Shown here in pieces: positions 40,576 to 49,968 of a stretch of 64,000 nucleotides of DNA. The notes under the pieces were generated by a model. That model was not told the origin of the DNA, ran no database searches, and saw nothing but the letters and a program-made list of their open reading frames with translations. This stretch comes from a virus. The translations under genes and the position numbers were made by a program. How positions within the stretch are numbered: position 1 is the stretch's first letter; each line of letters opens with the position of its first letter. The stretch lies in IMG/VR virus record IMGVR_UViG_3300008108_000036. One strand, written 5' to 3'.

Positions 40576-41011
40576 TTATTAAGTTTAATAGATAGTTTAT
40601 ATGGGTTTGTAAGTTTGTCAAGTCTTCTTCTAAGATAGATGAGACGGTAGCGTGAAAGGTTGGTCCCGCATAGTTTCTTTTATTGTGCAGAATTGAATTG
40701 GGATAGTATCTAATTTCGAAAACAAAATATTCTTCAGCAACCGGAATTAAGGCTTCCAAGTGCATTCTTGTATGTTTTTTATTTTGACTTCTAAAACCAA
40801 ATTGCCACATCGTTAATGACTCTTCTCTGTCTGGCCTTTCTGAGGCTACAGACATATTATTCCACACGGAATTATAAACCCCATCAGAATACCAAAAAAA
40901 CTGGAGTTCTTCAAATCCATTCTGTGTTAAAACTTTTTTGAATGAATTTACTTTTTTAATTAGTTTTGTTAGTTCAGGACTCATTTTTAATATTAAACCA
41001 CGAGAGCTCAA
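40535..41011 (-). CDS. hypothetical protein
   Basis: ORF in minus-strand run; start probably 40984. Confidence 0.6.
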   Translation of the reverse strand: MSSRGLILKMSPELTKLIKKVNSFKKVLTQNGFEELQFFWYSDGVYNSVWNNMSVASERPDREESLTMWQFGFRSQNKKHTRMHLEALIPVAEEYFVFEIRYYPNSILHNKRNYAGPTFHATVSSILEEDLTNLQTHINYLLNLINENKIDLEKKMVG

Positions 41012-41210
41012 CTTCTTCGTTTGTTTCTTCTAAAATAACTCCAGTAGAAGAAGAAGCTACGTTTATTTCTTTTACAGTATACTCATTACCAGTAATAAGT
41101 TTTTCAGCATTTTTAATACGATTTATAAACCAATGGTGTTGGGATTTCGTAAAGATTATTTTATCTCCAACTTTGGTGTTTAAATATGTTGCGTAGGTTG
41201 TAGAAATCAT
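40974..41210 (-). CDS. small phage protein; 5' part duplicated at 42521-42680
   Basis: KVGDKIIF..L..G.EYTVK. Confidence 0.65.
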   Translation of the reverse strand: MISTTYATYLNTKVGDKIIFTKSQHHWFINRIKNAEKLITGNEYTVKEINVASSSTGVILEETNEEVELSWFNIKNES

Positions 41211-41592
41211 TTTGCTTTGATAATATTGAATGCTTTGTTAGGGTTTATGTTGTTAACTTTGACTAAGCAGCTCGTTTTTAATTTTAGTGTTTGCGTTTGG
41301 GGTGCCACAAAGTTTCTAAAATAATTTAATAAATATCGTTTGTTGGGATTATCATAAATCACTCCATTTTCAACATTATGGGAATAAGACCAATCATTGC
41401 ATTTCATATTAGTTCGGAAATAATACCTCTGCTATTTTTGTTCATAGCAAACTTATTAATTTTACGCAAACAATTTCCAAATATTCTCTTCCTGGAAGTT
41501 CCTCATGATTTGAAACCTAAATGTTTTAACACAGTTTCGCACATTTTATTTTATTAGAGCTGCTCATCTGACTTTGTTTATTTTCGTAAAAT

Positions 41593-42306
41593 TTATAGAA
41601 TTTTCCAATTATTTTTGTTATAACTAATTAAATGAAATCTAGGTTGTCCCTTGTTAACATAACTTATGTGATAATATAATTTGTTTGTTTCGAGATTTAA
41701 ATTATCAGCTAAGTGCTTGAAACTAGAGCATATGCAATGAATTTCAGCTGCATTTTCGATTACAGTACACCAATCAAATATAGTTTCTGTTTTATGTGGT
41801 TCTATAATAGGTAAAGATTTGGTTTCAATAAAATCCCGATTTATCTTATAACAACTTTCATGAAGAAAAATGTATTTATTTTTTTCTATATTTAGAGAAT
41901 TAAATAATTTATTTTCATTATCTAAATTTCTGTTAACATAAAAATTTTTCCATTTTGTTTCTATTGGTAAATTAAACTGAGAGTAAAATGCTTTATCAAA
42001 ATATTTATCTTTTTGATAAAACCTAAAATGCTCAAAACCTATTTTAATCACATCATCATAACATACATCTTTTAAAAAAGCGTTAACATCGTAATCATTT
42101 GTTATTTCTATTAGATCTACATTAGGTAGATCCTGATACATAAAACTTACAGAAGGTTTATTGTGGTTTTTACAAAAAATAAAATATGTATTATTATCTT
42201 TTATTAAGTTTCTAACTAGTCCATTGCATATAATATGATCACCGAGTCCTAAATGATGGTAAATGTATTTAATGTTTGTTGGAGATTTGACGAGGTTTAT
42301 ATCCAT
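41593..42306 (-). CDS. putative glycosyltransferase (GT-B/GT9-like)
   Basis: HHLGLGDHIICNGLV, IFDW..IENA.EIHCI.SSF; ATAAATA upstream. Confidence 0.65.
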   Translation of the reverse strand: MDINLVKSPTNIKYIYHHLGLGDHIICNGLVRNLIKDNNTYFIFCKNHNKPSVSFMYQDLPNVDLIEITNDYDVNAFLKDVCYDDVIKIGFEHFRFYQKDKYFDKAFYSQFNLPIETKWKNFYVNRNLDNENKLFNSLNIEKNKYIFLHESCYKINRDFIETKSLPIIEPHKTETIFDWCTVIENAAEIHCICSSFKHLADNLNLETNKLYYHISYVNKGQPRFHLISYNKNNWKIL

Positions 42307-42520
42307 TATCTTATTTATTTGTTTTTGGTCAGTTCAGCATGTCATTACGAATATCCAGTTTTAAACTATAGTTCTCGTTTTCTTACTAGAAAATTATGTG
42401 AAGCATTTAGTGGCCATATAAATGTGGTATCGATGGTACTAAAATAACTTCATTTGTATACAACATGTTTTACTTTTATTGCAGCTTTAACATAATCGTT
42501 TGTTATCATTCTCGCTTAAG

Positions 42521-42680
42521 AGAAGTTACGTTTATTTCTTTTACAGTATACTCATTACCAGTAATAAGTTTTCAGCATTTTTAATACAATTTATAAATCA
42601 ATGGTGTTGGGATTTCCTAAAGATTATTTTATCTCCAACTTTGGTGTTTAAGTATGTAGCATAAAATTACTAGAAAGCAT
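42521..42680 (-). pseudogene. degenerate copy of 41052-41210
   Basis: ~160 bp near-identical DNA with a 1-nt deletion. Confidence 0.8.
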
Positions 42681-42708
42681 TAAGAATAATAGTACCGTAT
42701 TTTATAGA

Positions 42709-43716
42709 TTAAACAACAGTTCTTTTGTAAAATTCAATAAAATGGCTTTTAATATAAATGGATTGTTTTAGCTGAATGAAATCATCAAAATTTTCGATGC
42801 TCTCTCTATAACTTTTTATAACTTTTCCTAATTGTTGTCCTTGAAGATTAGTCCATTCAGAAACCATTTTACCATTAAACTTTTCTTTTAAAAATTTTTT
42901 ATATGTGTGTTTAGCAATCAAAATTTCTGCTTCTTTGTTAATTTGCGTTTTAAAATGGTTGTCGATTTCTTCTATATACACGGTTTTATCTGCATTTCCG
43001 ACAAATTTATTTGGTTTATCTTCTATAAATTCTAACCAATTATGATAATCTTTTCGTAATCTATCTCTTTTTCTATTAATATGATTTAAATTTTCAAGAG
43101 CAAATATGTCTTTGTTGAAAAGAGTAGAAGATGTTGCCCATTCAAATATTTCTATTTGGGTATTAAAACATTCCGCAAAATTAATAAAAGAAGAATGAGG
43201 TTTAAGTTTTAATCCCATGAATTTCAACATTAATTCAAATGCTTGGTATGCAAATTTTCCAACTTGAATTTCTCCAAGTTGTTCAGAGTCAGATAATTTA
43301 ATCGGATACGTCAGTCCGTTTATACCCCACTTTAACCCTTTTTGTTTAATCATTCTTCCTAATATATTACCGAGAGGAGAAAAGCACGAAAACAGATAAT
43401 AGTTTGTAACCGATTCGATGTTCGGTAAAATGGCTAAATCTATTTGAACTTCTTTATAATCAAAGGAATGAACACATGAGTTTTTTGAGTAAAATTTTGA
43501 GTTAAAAAGCTGTTTGACGTTTAGATTAGCATCAACGTTTAAACCAACAAAATCTATATCTCCGTGATCTTGTTTATTCTTGTAATGAAGAATGTCTTCA
43601 AATACTGAAAAATAACTTGCGTACTTTTGTTTAATTTCTAAAACAAGACCTTCGTATTCGGCTTTGGAAACTCTTCTTGCAACGAACCCCAAATGCTTTA
43701 ATGCTGTCCCACCCAT
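42709..43716 (-). CDS. Pol-beta-superfamily nucleotidyltransferase-like phage protein
   Basis: MGG.ALK, KQDHGDIDF, VQIDL, LG.ILGR. Confidence 0.65.
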   Translation of the reverse strand: MGGTALKHLGFVARRVSKAEYEGLVLEIKQKYASYFSVFEDILHYKNKQDHGDIDFVGLNVDANLNVKQLFNSKFYSKNSCVHSFDYKEVQIDLAILPNIESVTNYYLFSCFSPLGNILGRMIKQKGLKWGINGLTYPIKLSDSEQLGEIQVGKFAYQAFELMLKFMGLKLKPHSSFINFAECFNTQIEIFEWATSSTLFNKDIFALENLNHINRKRDRLRKDYHNWLEFIEDKPNKFVGNADKTVYIEEIDNHFKTQINKEAEILIAKHTYKKFLKEKFNGKMVSEWTNLQGQQLGKVIKSYRESIENFDDFIQLKQSIYIKSHFIEFYKRTVV

Positions 43717-43728
43717 TATATAAACGTT

Positions 43729-44019
43729 TTAGCTTTTATTTAGTGATTGACGCGCTTCTGAATATTTTTTTATCATTTCTTCTATAGTTTTATCAGATTT
43801 TGGAGTATCAAGAAGCTTCCAAAAAGCATTATTAATAGTTTGTTGTTGTTTTTTATCGGATAGCTCCCCATTGCCAATTCTATGTGAATAAGACCAATTA
43901 TCAGCGTTTTGAACTAATTCTTTAATACCTTCATTGTTACAAGAAACAACAAACGAATTAATTTTATGTAGAAAATTCTCGTACATTGCTATTTTTTGTT
44001 TAAGAGTTGGTGTTTTCAT
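43729..44019 (-). CDS. phage hypothetical protein
   Basis: WSYSHRIGNGELS motif. Confidence 0.65.
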   Translation of the reverse strand: MKTPTLKQKIAMYENFLHKINSFVVSCNNEGIKELVQNADNWSYSHRIGNGELSDKKQQQTINNAFWKLLDTPKSDKTIEEMIKKYSEARQSLNKS

Positions 44020-44202
44020 TGCATTTTAAGTAAACTAGGAATGGATTCAATTTCTTTCAAAAGAACCTCTTCATCAATTGTACCTTTAAACATTCTAGAG
44101 TCAATATATAATTTTCCTTCAAATACGGTTTCGTTATTTTCTGTGTTGATTGTAATAAGTTTGAATACTTTTTGTGTATTCATATCTATCGTTCTTTTTA
44201 TT

Positions 44203-44526
44203 TCAGTCTTCATGTTGTTTTACAAGGGTTTCTCCACTTTCATCCCACATATAATCTTCGACCATATTACCAACAATCTCTAAAGAAGCAAGATCTAAAT
44301 TCATAAGAGGGTAATCATTGATATAGTATGCACAAGAATCTGCACTGTATACAACTTCTCCAATTTCTTCTCCGTTAAAAGCAAAAAATTTTACAACATC
44401 TCTTTCATAAATCTCTCGCAAATTCTTATCTAAGATGCCAATAAACTGATGATGGGTTTGTGGAAGATCTACTTCTTGAAAACTCTTTCCACTTCTGCTC
44501 CAAATTCTAAATTTATTTTTGTTCAT
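44203..44526 (-). CDS. YopX family protein
   Basis: KFRIW, QFIGILDKN.REIYE.DVV, EIVGN. Confidence 0.8.
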   Translation of the reverse strand: MNKNKFRIWSRSGKSFQEVDLPQTHHQFIGILDKNLREIYERDVVKFFAFNGEEIGEVVYSADSCAYYINDYPLMNLDLASLEIVGNMVEDYMWDESGETLVKQHED

Positions 44527-44700
44527 TTTAATTTTTATTAATAAACCAACGATACCCCCAAATAAAGAGCCAATAAACCGTTAATGCGGACATCCAATGA
44601 TTTTGAGTTACACTTGTAGCAATGTAACATAAAATCATTATAACAAAAGCAGAATCAGAACTTTTCATAATTTTGTTGTTTATTTTTAGACAGCATATTA

Positions 44701-45168
44701 TTAAAAATAACCAGTCTTAAACCATAGCTCTCGTCTTACCAAAGAACTCTCTGGAGCATTTGGCGGCCATATAAATGTAGCATCAATCATATTAAAATTA
44801 TTCGATTTGTCTACAATATATTCTACCTTTAGTGCTGCTTTACTGGAATCATTTGTTATCATACCGTTCTCGTTTAAAAAGAATGTTCTGTTTTGAGATA
44901 ATGTAAAGTTTCCAACGTATGGTATCGGTATAGGTTGATCTCTATACTCTCTTGGAAATGCGTCCCATATACCAAAAATAGTTTCACAAAAATTGTTTGC
45001 TATAGTTTCATTCTCCACTGAACGAACTGAATATAAAGCAATAGAAAGCAAACCAAAAATACTCACTATAACAGAAGCAAATATTCCTACTGCTACAATC
45101 ACTTCAATCAAAGAAAACGAATTCTTTTTCACAAAATCAAAGTTATACTCGCCCGTATAATAAGTCAA
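44701..45168 (-). CDS. type IV pilin-like protein (Verru_Chthon cassette protein B-like)
   Basis: KKNS|FSLIEVIVAVGIFA prepilin motif; FLNENG; WPPNAP near the C-terminus. Confidence 0.7.
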   Translation of the reverse strand: MTYYTGEYNFDFVKKNSFSLIEVIVAVGIFASVIVSIFGLLSIALYSVRSVENETIANNFCETIFGIWDAFPREYRDQPIPIPYVGNFTLSQNRTFFLNENGMITNDSSKAALKVEYIVDKSNNFNMIDATFIWPPNAPESSLVRRELWFKTGYF

Positions 45169-45362
45169 TCAAAAAACCCCTCGTCTCTCAGATATTTTTC
45201 AACTTTATGAAAATCTTTCTCCGTGAAATTTTTGTACTCACACTTTAGAGAGTTCATATAATCCATTGTTAAATTTAAATTTGCTGTATAATTTTTACCT
45301 GCATAGTCAAACACCACGGTTTTTCTTAAGCATCTATTTAGCGCTGCCTGAAGTTCGGTCAT
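45165..45362 (-). CDS. hypothetical protein, related to 9535..9765
   Basis: shared C-terminal motif. Confidence 0.6.
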   Translation of the reverse strand: MTELQAALNRCLRKTVVFDYAGKNYTANLNLTMDYMNSLKCEYKNFTEKDFHKVEKYLRDEGFFD

Positions 45363-46088
45363 TTAACTATTTTTTCCAACAAAATACCACGTTATCAAAT
45401 TTCTCCAAAGATCTTACGAGATATATAGAAATTAACTTTTCCCATATCAAAAACCTATTAGCAGCTCCACTTCCTAGCCTTGAAATATAAAAAGTCTTTG
45501 TTGGATAACGCTCTATAATTCTTGCAAGTTTAATAAGCTCCTCGAAAGGTTTTACATGCACTCTCGCTATTTGCCTTCTTCATGAAGTTGTCTCCGAAGA
45601 TAAAATATGCATCAGGATTTGCGTTCAAAAATTCAAAAGTAATTTTAATTTGTTTATATGTAGCCATTATTCAAAGGGATTTTCATAACCATTGTTATAA
45701 TCTTTCTCTGTTTCTTTTAACCATACACCAATTATATAAAGCACAAGAGCACTAGCTAAAAAAGCCACTCCGCCAATAATTCCAACAATAATCCAAAACA
45801 TAAATTTAATAATAGCCTCTAATTACACGAAGTCAATTCCAGTATACATCTAATCTGTACTTGTATTCTCGCTCATTGTCACTAACAATATTTAAATGCC
45901 ATATGGTACCTTCTTCATTCTCTTCTTTAGTTAAATACATATCATTAACTTGAGGTTGGTTTTGGGGTTTAGATACAACTTCTGGAGCTACAATGGGCCT
46001 ATGAATAAGCGGTGCTGGTTCTTTAACGATTGTTGGTGTATAAACTTTACTTGTATTGTTCATATTAAATGACGAAAGCGTTCATGTG

Positions 46089-46475
46089 TTAGTTACCATG
46101 ATTCCAACTTTTTAATAAGATTCTACCATAGCTTTCAATAGCTTTTTTTGTATAATCATCTAAGTTTTGTAGACATCCATCAGCTGATAATCCAGCTTCA
46201 TAAAAAGCATGCTCTTCCATTACTTCTAATGGTGTTTTTACTGGTTTGGTTTGGTCTTTCCACAAATTTTCTGAAAAAGCATACATTAACACATCAACAG
46301 CATCATTAATTCCTTTGATAGCATGTTGTGGATTATACGTCAACTCTTGATGGCTATATTCTGAACTCGTTGTCGTAGATGCAACAGAAGTTGAAGTTTC
46401 GGAGTCTTTTACTGTTATTTCAAAAAAATATTTTTTCATTTTATTCAATATACTATTCATTCTCTTTAATATCAA
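46089..46475 (-). CDS. hypothetical protein
   Basis: YEAGLSADGC..LD motif. Confidence 0.6.
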   Translation of the reverse strand: MILKRMNSILNKMKKYFFEITVKDSETSTSVASTTTSSEYSHQELTYNPQHAIKGINDAVDVLMYAFSENLWKDQTKPVKTPLEVMEEHAFYEAGLSADGCLQNLDDYTKKAIESYGRILLKSWNHGN

Positions 46476-46773
46476 CTCTGTCTTTTAACCAAGCTTTTAT
46501 AGCCCAGTGATAATGTGTATAGTTCGGATCCCCTTCATAATGAAAAAAAGCGTGCCCTATATCAAAAATTATATCAGATAAGATTTTATTTTTTATTCCT
46601 TTGATGTGTTTAATGTTAAAGCTATTTAAACCAACAGTTCCGTCCATTCCGAAGTCCCATGTAAAATACACCGTCTTTGTTTTTCTGTCAATATAATATA
46701 CGTCTATATAAATTGGCTCTTTACAAATAACTTCACTCAATTCTACAAATTGTTTAGGAAGATACAATCTCAT
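46453..46773 (-). CDS. hypothetical protein
   Basis: ORF in run. Confidence 0.55.
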   Translation of the reverse strand: MRLYLPKQFVELSEVICKEPIYIDVYYIDRKTKTVYFTWDFGMDGTVGLNSFNIKHIKGIKNKILSDIIFDIGHAFFHYEGDPNYTHYHWAIKAWLKDRVDIKENE

Positions 46774-46818
46774 ATTGCTTGTTCTTAATTAAATTCTGAT
46801 ACCATTTGGTTTAATAGT

Positions 46819-47199
46819 TTATTCAGTTTTTATATTTGTTAGCGTAGTTCCAATTACTTTTACTTTCCAATTAAAAATTTGTTTAGTGAGATCATGGAGC
46901 CACATATGTGAAAGTGTGTTGTCTTCTTCTACAGATTGAGCCAGTACTAAAAATGCTCCGTCATAAAAAGTTATAAACGCTGTATGTTTTTTGGACTCTT
47001 TGTTCGTTACAGGTCTTTCAAATTCTATTACATCATTTTCATAAATGTAATTGCCATAGCTGTCTTGAACACTCGTGTGTTGACAAGGAATTAAAAGAGG
47101 ATCTTCAAATAGTTCATCTACATATCCGTTATATTTGTATTGCTCTATAAATCCATTAGCAGCAGTACAAAAAAATTTAAAATGGTTTTTTTTATTCAT
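46819..47199 (-). CDS. YopX family protein
   Basis: QHT.VQD..G.YIYE.DVI, KVIG. Confidence 0.75.
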   Translation of the reverse strand: MNKKNHFKFFCTAANGFIEQYKYNGYVDELFEDPLLIPCQHTSVQDSYGNYIYENDVIEFERPVTNKESKKHTAFITFYDGAFLVLAQSVEEDNTLSHMWLHDLTKQIFNWKVKVIGTTLTNIKTE

Positions 47200-47464
47200 G
47201 ATCAGCCATAAAAATTCTCAAAAAGGAACTTCCCAAATCTAATCTATTAACGGCTTTTGGATTATCATATTCGAATATTTCGATTTTCTTTTCATCTGGA
47301 GTAGTATAATCATCTAAAAATAGTTTAGCATATTCATAAGTCTCAAAGGACATATCATAATGGACATTATGCCAACCAAAAATGCCTTTTTTTTGTGGAT
47401 AATATTTTTCACTTTTGAAAGTTTTGACCTTTTTAATTCTATATTTACCAGCTTTCGTCTTCAT
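47192..47464 (-). CDS. hypothetical protein
   Basis: KYRIKK..YYPQKK..FGW. Confidence 0.6.
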   Translation of the reverse strand: MKTKAGKYRIKKVKTFKSEKYYPQKKGIFGWHNVHYDMSFETYEYAKLFLDDYTTPDEKKIEIFEYDNPKAVNRLDLGSSFLRIFMADHE

Positions 47465-47735
47465 CTTTTAATGAATTTTTAAACTCTTTTTCTCGTTCGA
47501 TTGCTATTTGTAATTGGCGTTTAATTGTTTCAAGAGCCTCTTCATATGTAGAGCATTCTATTTCAATATCAGATAGAATATACCCATAGTGTTCTACTAT
47601 ATAAGTAGGTGCATATCCATATGACCATTTTGTATTAATATACCAATGGCAATCCTTGTCTTTATGATGGGAAGAGCCTAATAACTCGTACCATTCATTC
47701 GTTAATTCTGTAATCCGTTCGATTATTTCATTCAT
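47445..47735 (-). CDS. phage hypothetical protein
   Basis: HHKDKDCHWYI..WSYG; start re-assigned to ATG 47735. Confidence 0.65.
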   Translation of the reverse strand: MNEIIERITELTNEWYELLGSSHHKDKDCHWYINTKWSYGYAPTYIVEHYGYILSDIEIECSTYEEALETIKRQLQIAIEREKEFKNSLKDEDESW

Positions 47736-47754
47736 GATGAATAAATATTTATAT

Positions 47755-47907
47755 ATGAGCAAGCGTCTCTCTGTTTTTGAAAAAGACAAGCTCGAGTTAT
47801 GGATAGGGAGACATAACCGCAAACTTGAACTTCTACGAACTATAGTTAATGTGATTGCTTTGCTTTTAACTTTGTGCGTCTTTTTAAAAATGTTTAATTT
47901 TTTATAA
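47755..47907 (+). CDS. small membrane protein missed by the ORF track (50 aa)
   Basis: MSKRLSVFEKDKLELWIGRHNRKLELLRTIVNVIALLLTLCVFLKMFNFL*; ATAAATA upstream. Confidence 0.55.
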   Translation: MSKRLSVFEKDKLELWIGRHNRKLELLRTIVNVIALLLTLCVFLKMFNFL

Positions 47908-48081
47908 TTTTATTTAGACGTAGAATTTACTAACCCTTGAATCTGCTCGATGGATAAGTTAGGGTTACTTTCTTGAATATGGGTTGTGATTTGATGTTTA
48001 CGGATGTTATTACATGCCATTCTCCAACACAACATTAAAGCCCATATTATGATAATCGAGATTATTAAAATTAATATGTTT

Positions 48082-48390
48082 TTACGAGGTTGCATTTAAT
48101 AAAGAAATAATTTCGTTCGTTTCTCCAATTGCGTATTGATATTCATGTATTTTAATTCTTAATTCAGAAACATCTGCAATATATGGTTTAGAATGGTTGG
48201 TTAAAACCAGTCTTGCATTAACTTTAAAACGATCAGTTACTTCTTCTATTATATACCCATATCCATCAATTTCCCAGCCATGATGATACACTTTAAATTT
48301 TCGAATAATTTTACCAAATTTGTTTTGGATTTGTTGCTCAATGGATTCCATATAATTTAGCGTTGAAAGTAAAATACGTCCGTCATCCAA
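48082..48390 (-). CDS. hypothetical protein
   Basis: GWEIDGYG..LVLTNH. Confidence 0.6.
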   Translation of the reverse strand: MDDGRILLSTLNYMESIEQQIQNKFGKIIRKFKVYHHGWEIDGYGYIIEEVTDRFKVNARLVLTNHSKPYIADVSELRIKIHEYQYAIGETNEIISLLNATS

Positions 48391-48595
48391 TTGTTATAAG
48401 CCCACTTGTAAAAATAATCAAAATAATCCTCAAATAGTTTCGTATACTCTGTCAACTCTATATTGTGAGTTCTATCTCTATATTCTTTGCATATATTACG
48501 TATATGAAGATTATCAATTTCAGCTAAAGGAAGTGTCTCCAAAAAAAGTTTTTGAGATTCAGATACCACTAAATGCTTGTCTAGTTCTTTAAACG

Positions 48596-48943
48596 TCATT
48601 TTGATGGTTCATCACTAATGATTTCGTAAGAAATTTGTTCGCTTGGATCATAAAACTCGCCGCAGTAATTAATATCTAAATCGAAATCTTTGGTCTTAAA
48701 TTCGTCTAGTTTGATTTCATATTTGTCGATCATTTCATCATAAGTACGTTTAAAATCAGATAAATAATGCGAGAAATCATCTACGCGAGGATCGTCACAA
48801 TTGAAAATATAATCAAATAAATAATCTTGACCAATCTTGTTTAAGTTTAACTCATCAAGTAAACGGTTGAAATATAGGTCTTGAACTTTTTGTAGCTCGT
48901 TAATGAATGCTTTGACTTTGTGAATGGAATCTTCTGGATGCAT
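48596..48943 (-). CDS. hypothetical acidic protein
   Basis: ORF in run. Confidence 0.6.
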   Translation of the reverse strand: MHPEDSIHKVKAFINELQKVQDLYFNRLLDELNLNKIGQDYLFDYIFNCDDPRVDDFSHYLSDFKRTYDEMIDKYEIKLDEFKTKDFDLDINYCGEFYDPSEQISYEIISDEPSK

Positions 48944-48963
48944 AAAACTATTTTACCACATTT

Positions 48964-49962
48964 TTAGTTCTGCTCAACATTTAACTCTTTGTGCTTTAAA
49001 GGATGTTCTAATAAAACTCTAGATACATAATCCGTTATACTTGAGTTATTTAGTTGTGCGTTAGTTTTAACAAAACAAATGAGAATATTATATAAGATTT
49101 GATCCATTTGAGTTCTATTAGCAAAAACGGATTGAGTGTGTGTAGATAATTGTGAAAAAGTTATCTTTTCATAAGGAGTCGAATTAAATTTTAAATTTAT
49201 TTTTAGATAATCAGGAATTATGTTGATGCTTATTCCCAACGAAAACTGAAAAATACTTTCTAATAATAAATCAACTTCGGAAATATGATGCATAACAAAC
49301 GAATTTAAAATATTAATGGTTGAGATTAAATTAGTTAGTGTTAGTATTTGTGTGTTGCTTACATCAGAAAATTCTCTAATCAGCCAACTATCCTCCAATT
49401 GTTCCGAGCAAATATAATCTTCTAACTCAGACGCATTTACATGGTTATAGTGGATTTCATGTTTAGATGCATACGATTTTAGATAATAAAACATAGAGCA
49501 ACAGCGGTCAAACGGTTCTCTGAAAATTAAAAATTTCTTTATAATTTTGTTGCGAATAAAAGGTTTAAGAAAAAACTGATGTTGCCTAAGTCCTAATGGC
49601 TCAACTACTATCCCAAGTAACATTAAATCTAGCAAAAACTGATCATCGATATATTTGAATTCTATTTTATAATTTGTACCTCCTATGTGTTGTAAAATCT
49701 GCTTGTTCATTGTTTGCATACGGCATTTGATATCAAGAATAGCAATCCTAAGTACTGTATTCGAGTTGTGAAGGACGGTTAACATCACCATCGAATTTTC
49801 ATTAAACTCTCTAGTTTCGTTTACTACGATTGATCTCCAATATCCTAATAAAACGTAAAACCAACTTAAAACATAAGTCCCGGCATTTTTAGGAATATGA
49901 TAGAATATAGGTAAATTAGGTGTAGGAATTTGACAATTTATCATTGATGTCCAACTTAACAA
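48964..49962 (-). CDS. sulfotransferase-fold protein
   Basis: FYHIPKNAGT (5'-PSB-like) and FREPFDR..SMFYYL (3'-PB-like). Confidence 0.7.
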   Translation of the reverse strand: MLSWTSMINCQIPTPNLPIFYHIPKNAGTYVLSWFYVLLGYWRSIVVNETREFNENSMVMLTVLHNSNTVLRIAILDIKCRMQTMNKQILQHIGGTNYKIEFKYIDDQFLLDLMLLGIVVEPLGLRQHQFFLKPFIRNKIIKKFLIFREPFDRCCSMFYYLKSYASKHEIHYNHVNASELEDYICSEQLEDSWLIREFSDVSNTQILTLTNLISTINILNSFVMHHISEVDLLLESIFQFSLGISINIIPDYLKINLKFNSTPYEKITFSQLSTHTQSVFANRTQMDQILYNILICFVKTNAQLNNSSITDYVSRVLLEHPLKHKELNVEQN

Positions 49963-49968
49963 TTTAAG

